Part shown: positions 37,288 through 47,220 of the stretch, one piece after another
Layout: the number at the start of each line of letters is the position of its first letter
How positions within the stretch are numbered: the first letter of the stretch is position 1
Source: a virus
Lineage: Duplodnaviria > Caudoviricetes
Reading direction: 5' to 3' (one strand)
IMG/VR virus record: IMGVR_UViG_3300036546_000172
Coordinates: 64,001 to 128,000 of that record
Length of the DNA stretch: 64,000 nt
Position numbers and translations under genes: made by a program
Notes under the pieces: model-generated
Database searches by the model: none
What the model was told of the DNA's origin: nothing
The model's input: only the letters and a program-made list of their open reading frames with translations

Positions 37288-38073
37288 ATGAAAATAAGTC
37301 ATGAAGCACCGTTATACATGTTTGATGAGATTGACGCTCATACAGATTACAACTACGCGCTGGTTCATCTGTTTGAAGAGAGCGAACAATACTACGACAA
37401 ATTTAAAGCCTTAGTAGATCGAGGACGTGAAGTCATTCTAGACAACAGCATCTTCGAGAAGGGAGAGGCGTTTGAATCTGAACAATTTGCAACATGGGTT
37501 AATAAGCTCCAGTCTGAATGGTACATCATACCGGATAAACTCGAAAATGCCGAGATCACAGTATCTAATGTTCAAGATTGGAATCGTGATTATCGATCTG
37601 ACCTGCCGGGGAAGACCATTGGTGTGGTTCAGGGTAAGACGTTTGAAGAGATCGTCTGGTGTTACAAGATGATTGAGCCGTTGGTAGACAAGGTAGCGAT
37701 TTCATTTGACTACTCAATGTTCAACCAATGGTTTCCAAATGAACCAACCAAGTATCACGCGTGGATGAAAGGTCGTGTTCGTCTGATCAACATGCTTGAG
37801 AGTCGTCGTATTATCAACACTGATAAACCTCATCATCTGCTTGGATGCGGTCTGCCTCAGGAATTCATGTACTATCGCAATAAGCCATGGATCGATAGCT
37901 TAGATACCAGCAATCCTGTGGTTCACGGTTTGATGAATATTCGATATGAAGCTCACGGACTGGATAACAAAGAGTCCATCAAGCTGTGTGATCTCATCGA
38001 TGTGATTCCTACACCGGAGCAGTATCACACGGTCATGTCTAATGTGGCATCTTTTCGGAGACTGTGTCAATGA
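37288..38073 (+). CDS. dpdA: DpdA-like (TGT-fold) deazaguanine insertion enzyme
   Basis: ILDNS, IGVVQG, HHLLG and DSLDTS; sits in the que cluster. Confidence 0.75.
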   Translation: MKISHEAPLYMFDEIDAHTDYNYALVHLFEESEQYYDKFKALVDRGREVILDNSIFEKGEAFESEQFATWVNKLQSEWYIIPDKLENAEITVSNVQDWNRDYRSDLPGKTIGVVQGKTFEEIVWCYKMIEPLVDKVAISFDYSMFNQWFPNEPTKYHAWMKGRVRLINMLESRRIINTDKPHHLLGCGLPQEFMYYRNKPWIDSLDTSNPVVHGLMNIRYEAHGLDNKESIKLCDLIDVIPTPEQYHTVMSNVASFRRLCQ

Positions 38074-38576
38074 GGTGGATCGCTTTATTTTCACAGACGG
38101 GATCTGAGCTTGAAATGCTGTGTCAAGCTCTAGGACGTCGACCAGATCAGGTATATACTAACATCTCCGATGTCTCCTCAATGAGATACAAGGGCCCGTA
38201 CAAACAGCTGTCGCACTCTAAGATCGAAAAGAACCTGAGAGAGACGGTCTCTGAAGGGGACATGGTCACACTGCATGGCTACCTTCGTATTTTGTCACCG
38301 GATGTTTGTGATCTGCCATGTACTATTCTAAATGGACACCCGGCGCCTCTTCATTTGGCACCAGATTTGAAAGGCAAGGATCCGCAAGATCGCATCTTTG
38401 AAATGAAGCACCCATTGGGTACGGTTATTCACGAGGTAACCTCTGTAGTAGACGACGGTGAGGTCTTGTATTATAATGATGCGGTGAATGATTGCGATAC
38501 GGTAGATGACGTCTACGCATCACAGAAGATTTTGTCATTTCGTCTGTGGTTGCAATGCTTACAGGAGAGGTTATGA
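38070..38576 (+). CDS. PurN-like formyltransferase (DpdN-like)
   Basis: ALFSQTGS, GYLRILS, NGHPA and GTVIHEV...VDDGEV. Confidence 0.82.
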   Translation: MRWIALFSQTGSELEMLCQALGRRPDQVYTNISDVSSMRYKGPYKQLSHSKIEKNLRETVSEGDMVTLHGYLRILSPDVCDLPCTILNGHPAPLHLAPDLKGKDPQDRIFEMKHPLGTVIHEVTSVVDDGEVLYYNDAVNDCDTVDDVYASQKILSFRLWLQCLQERL

Positions 38577-39094
38577 GAATAGGACTGCTGGGCGCTCAAG
38601 GTACGGGCAAGACCACGCTTCTTGAAGCCTTGTGTCAAGAGCCTGAGTTCAAGGGGTATACCAAGTGTGTTGAGGTGACGCGGTGGATACTTAAGCTCAA
38701 CATGCCGATCAATGAAGGTGGCTCTGACATGGGTCAGCGCTTAATCATGATGAAGCTTATTGAGAATGCCGTGCTATATCCAGACATGATTACCGACCGC
38801 ACTATCGTGGATTGTCTGGTCTATACTCAGTGGTTATATAATCAAGGCAATGTGTCACAAGAGACGCTGGATCTGGTTAAACTGGCGTTTGATCGTGTCA
38901 TTGGAATGTATGACCGTTTGTTCTATATTCCGGTAGAGTTCGATATTGAGGATGATGGTGTGCGCTCATCCAGTAAACAATTTCAACAAGAGATTGAACA
39001 GCTGTTTGAGCACAACATCAAGGATATTAACGTCATCAGGTTGAGTGGTTCTGTTGAACAACGAATGAATCAAGTCAAAGAGGGTATTAAATGA
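38573..39094 (+). CDS. NadR/AAA_28-type nucleotide kinase
   Basis: GAQGTGKTT, TDRT.VD and EDDGVR. Confidence 0.8.
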   Translation: MRIGLLGAQGTGKTTLLEALCQEPEFKGYTKCVEVTRWILKLNMPINEGGSDMGQRLIMMKLIENAVLYPDMITDRTIVDCLVYTQWLYNQGNVSQETLDLVKLAFDRVIGMYDRLFYIPVEFDIEDDGVRSSSKQFQQEIEQLFEHNIKDINVIRLSGSVEQRMNQVKEGIK

Positions 39095-40005
39095 ATATTA
39101 ATGAAATCGCGGGTAAGCATCTGGGTAAGGCTGGTGATGGCTCAGTAGTTAAACCCTATGTAACACCAGACAATATCGACGCTTCCTTGCTGGTGGGAGT
39201 GCCTCGTCACTTCAATCGAACAGATTATGATATCAAAGAAGATGACCTCCCGTTCGTTGGTATGGATGTGTGGAATGGATATGAGTTTTCATGTCTACTG
39301 GACAATGGATATCCGGTGTCTGGTCTCATCCGATGGTCCTATCCTTCTGACTCAAAGTGCATCGTTGAATCTAAGTCAGTGAAGCTGTATCTGAATAGCT
39401 TTAACATGGCTAAGATGGGATCCACTGTGGATGAAGCAATTGAGGCTGTAGAGAGTCAAGTCAAAGCCGATCTTGAGAAATGCGTTGAAGGTGAGGTAGA
39501 GGTCACGCTTCATACCGAAGAAGACGGGTTCCCTTGCACTCCAATGGATTACGGTTTCGATCGATTGGATGACTTGGTCGATGTAGAGTCCATGACCTTC
39601 ACCACATACAACGAAACACCAGACACTCTGGATGTCTCTGAAGGTTCATGCTACATCGAAGTCTACACCAGCAACCTGAGATCCAACTGCCGTATCACCA
39701 ATCAACCAGACTGGGGTGATATCTACATCTATGTCAAGTCTGATACTCATTCTGTGACTTATGAATCTCTGCTTCAATACATCGTGTCTATGCGTAAGGA
39801 ATCACACTTCCACGAAGAGATTTGTGAATGTGTATATAAGCGACTGTATGATCTTCTAAAACCAGAAGAACTGATGGTAGCTTGTCTCTATACTCGTCGT
39901 GGTGGTATTGATATCAATCCTATTCGAGCCACACACCAGGAGCTCATTGACGAACATCCGATGACAGATGTTGAAACACAAGTCAACAAGACTATGAGGC
40001 AATAA
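39091..40005 (+). CDS. queF: preQ0 reductase (bimodular QueF)
   Basis: IVESKSVKLYLNS, SNCRITNQPDWG, FHEEICE and YTRRGGIDINP. Confidence 0.95.
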   Translation: MNINEIAGKHLGKAGDGSVVKPYVTPDNIDASLLVGVPRHFNRTDYDIKEDDLPFVGMDVWNGYEFSCLLDNGYPVSGLIRWSYPSDSKCIVESKSVKLYLNSFNMAKMGSTVDEAIEAVESQVKADLEKCVEGEVEVTLHTEEDGFPCTPMDYGFDRLDDLVDVESMTFTTYNETPDTLDVSEGSCYIEVYTSNLRSNCRITNQPDWGDIYIYVKSDTHSVTYESLLQYIVSMRKESHFHEEICECVYKRLYDLLKPEELMVACLYTRRGGIDINPIRATHQELIDEHPMTDVETQVNKTMRQ

Positions 40006-40745
40006 TGGACATTAAACAGGCATTAGAACGTCTGCCCGATACTGATCATAAAGTGATTGTGACACACAGCGGTGGACTAGACAGCTCCACCGCCGTATGT
40101 CTTGCTGTGAAGAAGTACGGTGCAGATAATGTAATCTCTGTAGGATACAACTACGGACAGAAGCAGCAGATTGAGCTTCAACGAGCGTCAGAGCTGTGTG
40201 ATCTATTAGGCGTGCGACGTGAGATCATCGATCTGAATGTGCTGGGTGATATTGTCAGATCAGTGAGCGCTAACATCAGCGGATCTGATATCGAGATGCC
40301 CACGATCAAGGACGTGCTTGGTAATCCTCAACCTCCCACGTACGTTCCGTGGCGGAATGGTGTCATGTTCATGTTGACAGCTGCTTTCGCTGAAGCTAAT
40401 CAAGCCTCTCATGTGATCTGTGGTCTTCAGGTTCATGATCAGTATGGGTATTTTGATACTACCCAGGCATTTGTAGATGGCATCAACCATCTGTGGTCTC
40501 AGAATCGTATGTGGCCATTAACACTGGTAGCTCCGTTCTCTGATCTATCTAAGACTCAGGAGCTTGAATTGATTGCCGATATGGGTCAGATGGATCTCAT
40601 GAAGCATACTCTGACATGCTACAATCCAGATGACAGTGGACGCTCATGTGGTCAATGCCCATCGTGTGCCGAACGCATTAAGGCTTTCATGGACATTAAA
40701 ACTCCTGATCCTGTTGAATACAGTCTAACTATCCCCTGGAGGTAA
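40005..40745 (+). CDS. queC: 7-cyano-7-deazaguanine synthase
   Basis: SGGLDS, YGQ, TYVPWRN and TCY...CGQCPSC. Confidence 0.95.
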   Translation: MDIKQALERLPDTDHKVIVTHSGGLDSSTAVCLAVKKYGADNVISVGYNYGQKQQIELQRASELCDLLGVRREIIDLNVLGDIVRSVSANISGSDIEMPTIKDVLGNPQPPTYVPWRNGVMFMLTAAFAEANQASHVICGLQVHDQYGYFDTTQAFVDGINHLWSQNRMWPLTLVAPFSDLSKTQELELIADMGQMDLMKHTLTCYNPDDSGRSCGQCPSCAERIKAFMDIKTPDPVEYSLTIPWR

Positions 40746-40746
40746 T

Positions 40747-41364
40747 ATGTGTGGTTTGTTTGGTTCAAATGATGTGAGTGAGTTCAAGCAGTTGTTTCAT
40801 CTTAACACCGTGCGGGGATCTCATAGTCATTCAGTGTCTGTGTTAGATGGCCTGGATGTTGAAGTTCGAGCCAAACAAATTGGCACTAATCTCGCTGAAT
40901 ATGACTCAGATGAAGATGTGTTGTTATGGATGGGTCATATTCAAGCTCCCACAACATCTGATCGTGATGTAAATTCTATTCACCCGTCAGAAATCAACGG
41001 ATCGTATCTGTGGCATAACGGCATTATTCATTCACAGACTGTGACTCGATGGCAAGAGGAATTAGAGACTGAAGTGTCATGGGACACCAGACTCATGCAT
41101 CAAATGCTGCTCAATAAGAGTTTTGATGTACTGAATGACATTGAAGGTTCATTTGCATGCATATTCTTTCTACGCGGTGATCTCTACATGTTCCGCAATG
41201 ATAATTCACCGCTCTATGTCAAAGATTCATCATACTCGTCAGTGATGTTTGATGGTGCATGCGCGATTGAGCCTAACATTGTATATATACTAGCTGACGG
41301 TACCTGGACTAAAACATCGTACAAATTCGTTAACAAAGATCAGTTCTTCTGGTCACCATTTTAA
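40747..41364 (+). CDS. class II (Ntn) glutamine amidotransferase
   Basis: N-terminal MCG, RG, GH, HP and HNG motifs. Confidence 0.85.
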   Translation: MCGLFGSNDVSEFKQLFHLNTVRGSHSHSVSVLDGLDVEVRAKQIGTNLAEYDSDEDVLLWMGHIQAPTTSDRDVNSIHPSEINGSYLWHNGIIHSQTVTRWQEELETEVSWDTRLMHQMLLNKSFDVLNDIEGSFACIFFLRGDLYMFRNDNSPLYVKDSSYSSVMFDGACAIEPNIVYILADGTWTKTSYKFVNKDQFFWSPF

Positions 41365-41374
41365 AGGAATCATT

Positions 41375-41890
41375 ATGTCTGTAGTCGTAGTTAATACACC
41401 AGAAAGCAATACTCACATCACCAACATCGACGACGATTGTGTACAGCAGGCAGCTGTCGATCTTCGATTAGAAAGAATGTGGGGTATGAACGGACCGTTC
41501 ACCATTGATGAAGAGCAGAAGCAGCATCGCAACAAGTACGAGCTGTCTGTTGATGATGAGGGGTATTATAATCTTGAGCCTGGAGTGTATGAGTGCTCAT
41601 TTGATCATGATATTAAGATGGGCGATGACGAGGTAGCGCTTATCGTTACGCGCAGTACTTTGATTCGTAACGGGATATTCATCGCATCTGGGCTTTGGGA
41701 CCCGTCCTTCAGGGGGAAGGGAGGGTGTTGTTTACATGTTCATGGAGGTCCTGCTAAGATCAAGCCCAACACTCGTATCGGTCAATACCTGGTGTGGAAG
41801 GTAGCTAATGCCCAGGGTCAATACGATGGTGATTACGGATTAGATCGGAACGGACAAGCTAAAGAAATGGAAAAACGTTACTATTCATAA
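41375..41890 (+). CDS. dCTP deaminase / dUTPase-family protein
   Basis: AVDLRL, RSTLIRNG, WDPSFRG and RIGQ. Confidence 0.85.
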   Translation: MSVVVVNTPESNTHITNIDDDCVQQAAVDLRLERMWGMNGPFTIDEEQKQHRNKYELSVDDEGYYNLEPGVYECSFDHDIKMGDDEVALIVTRSTLIRNGIFIASGLWDPSFRGKGGCCLHVHGGPAKIKPNTRIGQYLVWKVANAQGQYDGDYGLDRNGQAKEMEKRYYS

Positions 41891-41899
41891 GGTTACATC

Positions 41900-44800
41900 A
41901 TGTTCTATCTTTTCTATAAGCAGTGGGGGAATAGCATTCTATTCTCCTACGTGGATGATCAAGGCGAGACCAAACACACCAAGGTGACGGATTACAAACC
42001 GTCACTCTTCACCAAAACAGAAGAAGATGGGGATGCTGTCTCCATCTTCGGCTATCCGTTGAAGCAGATCGAATTTGAAAACATCAAAGCTGCTAAGAAC
42101 TTCTATGAGCAGTATAAAGATGTAGATGGAATGACCATTGAAGGCAACTACAAGTTTGCTAACCAGTTCACTATCGAGTTGTGTGAAGGTAAGACTCCAG
42201 ATTACGATCCTCAGAAGATACGAGGCTGTATTCTCGATATCGAGGTCTCTGCTCCGGAGTTCCCCAAGCCTGAGCAGGCTTTGTATCCCATCGATGCTGT
42301 TACATTCTATGACACGATAGCCAACAAGTTCACAGCATTTGGTCTCGGTGAGTATCATCGATCGAAGGATAACACCAAGGTTAATGAGCTTAACCTAGAT
42401 GTAGACTATACTCAATGCTCATCAGAGAACGAGTTATTATTGAGCATTGTCAATTTTATATCCAATGGCAGCTTTCACTTCACATCAGGCTGGAACAGTG
42501 AATCGTTTGATATGCCGTACATTGTCAATCGAATCACAAACATGATGGGAGAGAAAGTAGCTAAGAGACTATCTCCATACGGAATGATCAACTGGACTAC
42601 AGTTCAATCAGATTACTTCTCGTTCCAGAAAGTGGATATTGTGGGACTGCCTCATTTGGACTACATGAACCTGTACAAGAAACACACGTTCGTTCCACGC
42701 GAGTCCTATTCATTGAATTTTATCGCTGGTGCCGAGCTTGGTGATGAGAAATTGTCATATGAAGAAGAGGGATCGCTGGCTAACCTATCTAAAGTCAATT
42801 TCCAGAAGTACATCTCGTACAACATCATTGACGTAGATATTATTCGTCGATTGGATGAAGAACTGGGTCTGTTTGATATTACACAGACTCTGGCTTACCT
42901 AACAATATCCAACTATGAAGATACACTAGGTACAGTTCGGCTGTGGGAACAACTGATCGCCAAGGAGTTGTATGCCAGACAGATTGTACCTCTGTGCTCA
43001 CCTGTTAGTAATACTTATCGTCCATACCCCGGTGGTTATGTCTCTGAGCCTCAGGTGGGCAGACACGAGTGGGTATCATCGTTCGATCTTAACAGCCTGT
43101 ATCCAATGCTTGAGGTACAGATCAATATCAGTCCAGAGACATTCATACCGAGACATGACCTTCCGTCTGAATTGGCTGAGTTGCAAGATCAGTTGAGGAT
43201 ACGTGATATTGATTGTTATTATCAGCAGGTTATGAACTTGGTTGATAAAGAAGTAGACTTATCTGTATTAAAAAAACACAACGTCTCTATGTCTGCTGCT
43301 GGTCAATTCTATCGAAGAGATATCAAGGGCATCATCCCTACTATCAAGGATGAGATTTACAGCAGTCGAAAGCAATTTAAAAAGAAGATGCTGCAGGCTC
43401 AAGCTAAACTTGACCAGCTGAAGGGAATGGAAGACACGGACGAATACCACTACTGGAAGCGTGAAGAGGCTAAAAATAACAACATACAGATGGCATTTAA
43501 GATCCTGATCAACTCAGGATATGGAGCTCTTGCGAACAAGCACTTCACCTACTTTCGAATTGAGAATGCCGAATCGATTACATCTACTGGTCAATTGGTT
43601 AATAGGTGGACGTCTGAGCGAGTCAATAAACTCTTGAATGAACTCGCTACAAATAAAAATTATAAAAACTACGTCATTAATAATGATACAGACTCTGTAG
43701 CTGGAGATAGTGTCATCTATGTTAATGGAGACCCTATCACAATAGAGGAATACTTTAACACTCAACGTGATTTTATAGTGTATGATACATTTAATGAACA
43801 TTACGTCGCATCGGTTAGCGGTGACACTTCCTATGGAAGTGACGATGCATTCTCACTCGTGAAACGACCTGTCAAGTATGTGATGAAACACAAGACACAG
43901 AAACGAATGTACCGTGTTACTGTGAATGGCAAAAGCGTAACTGTAACAGCAGATCATGGTCTGATGGTTAATCGTGGAGGAGAATTAGTTAAGGTCAGAC
44001 CAGGTGATGTTCGTGTCTCTGATAAGCTTATATCGTTAACTTGTGAGTCTGATACGGAAATAGGAAGCATAACACAGCATGACGATTATCAAATTGAAGA
44101 TTTGGGTATAGTTGAAGACTATGTGTATGATATTGAAGTTGAAGATGTGCACAACTTCATAGCTAACGATATATTGGTTCACAATAGTGCGTATTTTGAA
44201 CTCTCAGATATCGCTTCAATCCTGTGCCCCGATGAGGAAGACCCATACGCAGTTACAGACAAACTGGATGAGTTCTTGAAGCAAGTCATCTCACCGTCTA
44301 TTCAGAGTCAAACTGAAGAGCTGTGTGATTATCTCAACAATTACGAGAATAAGATGGTATGGGAGCGTGAGGTTATCTCTACATCATCTATCAACGTAGC
44401 TAAGAAACGCTATGCCATGCTCGTGACTGACTCTGAAGGTGTTCGATTCACCACACCTAAGCTTAAGATCATTGGACTGGATTCTAAACGATCGTCGACT
44501 CCTGCCTGGGCTAAGAAAGGTCTGGAAATTTGCTATCGATTGGCACTAGAGGACAAGAAGGATGAGATGCACCAGTTCATTGAGACCTTCGAGAAGGAAT
44601 TCTACACACTGCCGATATCTGATATTGCTATTCCGCGTTCAGTATCTTCTATTGAGAAGTACATGGATGGTCATGGTGGTTATATCAAAGGCACACAAAA
44701 ACACGTCAAAGCAGCTATTCTGCATAACACCATTGTAGAGCAGAAGGAGCTGAAGCACATTGACAAATTGAAATCAGGCAACAAGTTCAAGTTCATTGAA

Positions 44801-44989
44801 CTCAAGAAGCCGAATCCGTATAATGGTGATGTTATAGGGTTTTTGTCTTATCTGCCTAAAGAGTTTGAAATCGAGAAATACGTGGATAAGCAAGTAACCT
44901 TTGAATCTGGTTTCCTAAAGCCTTTGTCCAACTTTCTAACTGCTATCAACTGGTCAACCGAAGAGAAGATTGACCTGTTTGATTTCTGA
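41900..44989 (+). CDS. 43: family B DNA polymerase gp43 containing a mini-intein
   Basis: DIEV, GWNSESFD, SFDLNSLYP, KILINSGYG, DTD|S and KKRY. Confidence 0.96.
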   Translation: MFYLFYKQWGNSILFSYVDDQGETKHTKVTDYKPSLFTKTEEDGDAVSIFGYPLKQIEFENIKAAKNFYEQYKDVDGMTIEGNYKFANQFTIELCEGKTPDYDPQKIRGCILDIEVSAPEFPKPEQALYPIDAVTFYDTIANKFTAFGLGEYHRSKDNTKVNELNLDVDYTQCSSENELLLSIVNFISNGSFHFTSGWNSESFDMPYIVNRITNMMGEKVAKRLSPYGMINWTTVQSDYFSFQKVDIVGLPHLDYMNLYKKHTFVPRESYSLNFIAGAELGDEKLSYEEEGSLANLSKVNFQKYISYNIIDVDIIRRLDEELGLFDITQTLAYLTISNYEDTLGTVRLWEQLIAKELYARQIVPLCSPVSNTYRPYPGGYVSEPQVGRHEWVSSFDLNSLYPMLEVQINISPETFIPRHDLPSELAELQDQLRIRDIDCYYQQVMNLVDKEVDLSVLKKHNVSMSAAGQFYRRDIKGIIPTIKDEIYSSRKQFKKKMLQAQAKLDQLKGMEDTDEYHYWKREEAKNNNIQMAFKILINSGYGALANKHFTYFRIENAESITSTGQLVNRWTSERVNKLLNELATNKNYKNYVINNDTDSVAGDSVIYVNGDPITIEEYFNTQRDFIVYDTFNEHYVASVSGDTSYGSDDAFSLVKRPVKYVMKHKTQKRMYRVTVNGKSVTVTADHGLMVNRGGELVKVRPGDVRVSDKLISLTCESDTEIGSITQHDDYQIEDLGIVEDYVYDIEVEDVHNFIANDILVHNSAYFELSDIASILCPDEEDPYAVTDKLDEFLKQVISPSIQSQTEELCDYLNNYENKMVWEREVISTSSINVAKKRYAMLVTDSEGVRFTTPKLKIIGLDSKRSSTPAWAKKGLEICYRLALEDKKDEMHQFIETFEKEFYTLPISDIAIPRSVSSIEKYMDGHGGYIKGTQKHVKAAILHNTIVEQKELKHIDKLKSGNKFKFIELKKPNPYNGDVIGFLSYLPKEFEIEKYVDKQVTFESGFLKPLSNFLTAINWSTEEKIDLFDF
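43694..44185 (+). mobile_element. 164-aa contiguous mini-intein at the polymerase DTD/S site
   Basis: Starts SVAGDS, contains VTADH, ends YVYDIEV...ILVHN|S; no endonuclease domain. Confidence 0.92.
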
Positions 44990-45007
44990 GGTACTATGAG
45001 AGGTACT

Positions 45008-45532
45008 ATGATCAAATTGACACTGAACCCGAACACAGGCAAAGAGGATCAAGTAGAAGGTCTTATTGGGTTGTGTTGTACTCGTGCTGATATTCAATTC
45101 ACATTAAACAAGTCCAAGATACAATCCACCGAAGAGATTGAATATGAGCTCTTGACTTCGAGTGTGAATGATGCTAAAATGTTTGTCTATGAGTGGTTCT
45201 ATGCACTCTCACTCCCCGATCACGAATTCACAGACGTTGTAAAGAGCGAGGTGCAGTTGGAGTCTGAACAAATCCAGGTCACCAACTGCATCAACACCAA
45301 CATGCAACGATCGCTGAACTACGACATTGATCTATTGGATATGGTGGTCAGTGACGTAGCCTTTGATCAAGAATCAGTCAAAGAGCGATTGACTGCTATT
45401 GAGCAATACATTCAAAAGAGCGGCATCATCTACTATCAGCAGTTCATGAAAGAATTGGTTGAAGTGTTAGATGCTCGGGAGATTCTCGATAAAGAGTCTG
45501 TTATTGCTAAAATGTTTAACACTATTCACTAA
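45008..45532 (+). CDS. hypothetical protein
   Basis: ORF with a duplicated gaggtactatga RBS. Confidence 0.65.
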   Translation: MIKLTLNPNTGKEDQVEGLIGLCCTRADIQFTLNKSKIQSTEEIEYELLTSSVNDAKMFVYEWFYALSLPDHEFTDVVKSEVQLESEQIQVTNCINTNMQRSLNYDIDLLDMVVSDVAFDQESVKERLTAIEQYIQKSGIIYYQQFMKELVEVLDAREILDKESVIAKMFNTIH

Positions 45533-45543
45533 GAGGTATTACT

Positions 45544-46476
45544 ATGGGACTGGCTGATCAATTTGTTAAGAGCTCAAAACTCAAAAGAGCTGGAAAACTA
45601 TCAACTATCGTAGAGGAGCCCGAGACACGTTACGACACCGGTGTATATGCATTGAATCTAGCCTACTCTGGAGATCTACTAGGAGGCACAAGTACTGGCG
45701 TGTCTCTGCTAGCCGGTAAGTCACGAAGCTTTAAAACTCTGTTTGGTTTGATCAGTTGTAAATCATACCTAGACGCTCATGATGATTCGTACATGATTTT
45801 CTATGACTCCGAGGGCGGCGCGTCTGAGGAATACTTTGAGTCTGTTGGTATTGATACTGGTCGTGTACTGTACTTCTCTATCATGAACGTTGAGGAGCTT
45901 AAACTCGACATAGTGACCAAACTTGAAGCTATTAAGAAAGAGTATGAAGAGACGGGTGAGTATCCTAAGTTCATATTCTTCATTGATTCGATTGGTAATC
46001 TAGCTTCACTCAAGGAAGTAGAGGACGCTATCAACCAGAAGACTGTAGCGGATATGTCACGTGCCAAGGCACTTAAGAGCTTCTTTCGTATTGTAACTCC
46101 GTATATCAAGAACTACGAGCTTCAGCTGATTGCTATTATGCACACATACGATGAGATTGGCGGTATGGGAGCTCCGAAGCAGATCATGAGCGGTGGTTGT
46201 TTGCTGCCTGGTACTCAGATCTTGACAAGCGAAGGTCTGAAGAACATAGAATGCATCAATGTAGATGACATGGTCGTGTCAGGAGATGGTGGGCTTACTC
46301 GTGTTGTTAATGCTTGGACTCCCGAAACACTTGAAAACGGAGTGCCCGAGTGTCTAGAAATCACTTTTGAAGACGGTCATGTTGTTCGGTGTAGTGAGAG
46401 CCATAAGTTCAGAGTTAACGGAGAATGGATCGAAGCTAAAGACCTAACAGCAGGTGTAGTTACCGATGATGTTTAA
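45544..46476 (+). CDS. uvsX: UvsX recombinase N-terminal part fused to a split-intein N-half (from 46198)
   Basis: GKSRSFKT, YDSE, DSIGNLAS and MSGG|CLLPGT...CSESHKF then a stop. Confidence 0.93.
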   Translation: MGLADQFVKSSKLKRAGKLSTIVEEPETRYDTGVYALNLAYSGDLLGGTSTGVSLLAGKSRSFKTLFGLISCKSYLDAHDDSYMIFYDSEGGASEEYFESVGIDTGRVLYFSIMNVEELKLDIVTKLEAIKKEYEETGEYPKFIFFIDSIGNLASLKEVEDAINQKTVADMSRAKALKSFFRIVTPYIKNYELQLIAIMHTYDEIGGMGAPKQIMSGGCLLPGTQILTSEGLKNIECINVDDMVVSGDGGLTRVVNAWTPETLENGVPECLEITFEDGHVVRCSESHKFRVNGEWIEAKDLTAGVVTDDV

Positions 46477-46524
46477 GTGAGCTTAACGCTAAAATACCTC
46501 CCTTTGTGTGAAGGTATTTTAGCG

Positions 46525-46670
46525 ATGCATATTGTATACATGGTATTGATAAAGAGTTTGACATTACGTTCAAACAGCGATATCATAGTAGAGACACTTG
46601 CAGTACGCATTGTCATAATATGTATTCAACATCAAACATGGTAAAAACGAGGTATGGCAATGAAGATTGA
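46525..46670 (+). pseudogene. internally deleted homing endonuclease remnant
   Basis: RBS-sequestering hairpin, MHIVYMV start, and in another frame a KEF...TCSTHC tail overlapping the IntC start. Confidence 0.55.
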
Positions 46671-47220
46671 GAGTATTAAAAGTATTGGTAAACACGAGGT
46701 GTATGATATTGAAACCGAGTCTCACGACTATGTACTATCCAATGGAGTCATCACCCATAACTCAGGCGGAATGCTATCAGCGGACCAAGTTTTCATAGTA
46801 GGCAAGCGTCAAATCAAAGAAGGTACGGATCTTGTAGGCTGGCAGTTTATTCTCAATGCTGAGAAGTCTCGGACTATTCGAGAGAAGTCAGCTATTCCGT
46901 TTGAAGTTAAGTATGACGGCGGTATGGATCGATACTCCGGTCTTCTGGACATCGGACTAGCCTCTGGTTTCGTTACTGCACCCAAGAAAGGATGGTTTAC
47001 ACGACCGTCTGTATCAGAAGATAAGAATTGGCGTCGGAAGGACACCTCTTGTGAGGAGTTCTGGAAGCCGTTACTTGGTGATCAGAAATTCTTAGACACA
47101 GTCAGTTCTATGTATAAAGTAGGTGGCAATGGTAAACTGCTTCAGGATAAACTTGACGGTCTGCTTAACGAAGGTGAAGATCTAGACCTAAGCACCGGTG
47201 AAATCACACAAACAGAATGA
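46654..47220 (+). CDS. uvsX: split-intein C-half (36 aa, to 46761) fused to the UvsX C-terminal part
   Basis: MKIESIK...VYDIET...NGVITHN|SGGMLSADQVFIVGKRQIK matches the T4 UvsX C-terminus. Confidence 0.93.
   Translation: MAMKIESIKSIGKHEVYDIETESHDYVLSNGVITHNSGGMLSADQVFIVGKRQIKEGTDLVGWQFILNAEKSRTIREKSAIPFEVKYDGGMDRYSGLLDIGLASGFVTAPKKGWFTRPSVSEDKNWRRKDTSCEEFWKPLLGDQKFLDTVSSMYKVGGNGKLLQDKLDGLLNEGEDLDLSTGEITQTE

Noticed and set aside
37288-40745. Que cluster as a pure tRNA queuosine pathway
   Set aside because: There is no queA, queG/H or canonical zinc-binding tgt in the window; the formyltransferase, kinase and adjacent polymerase point to DNA modification
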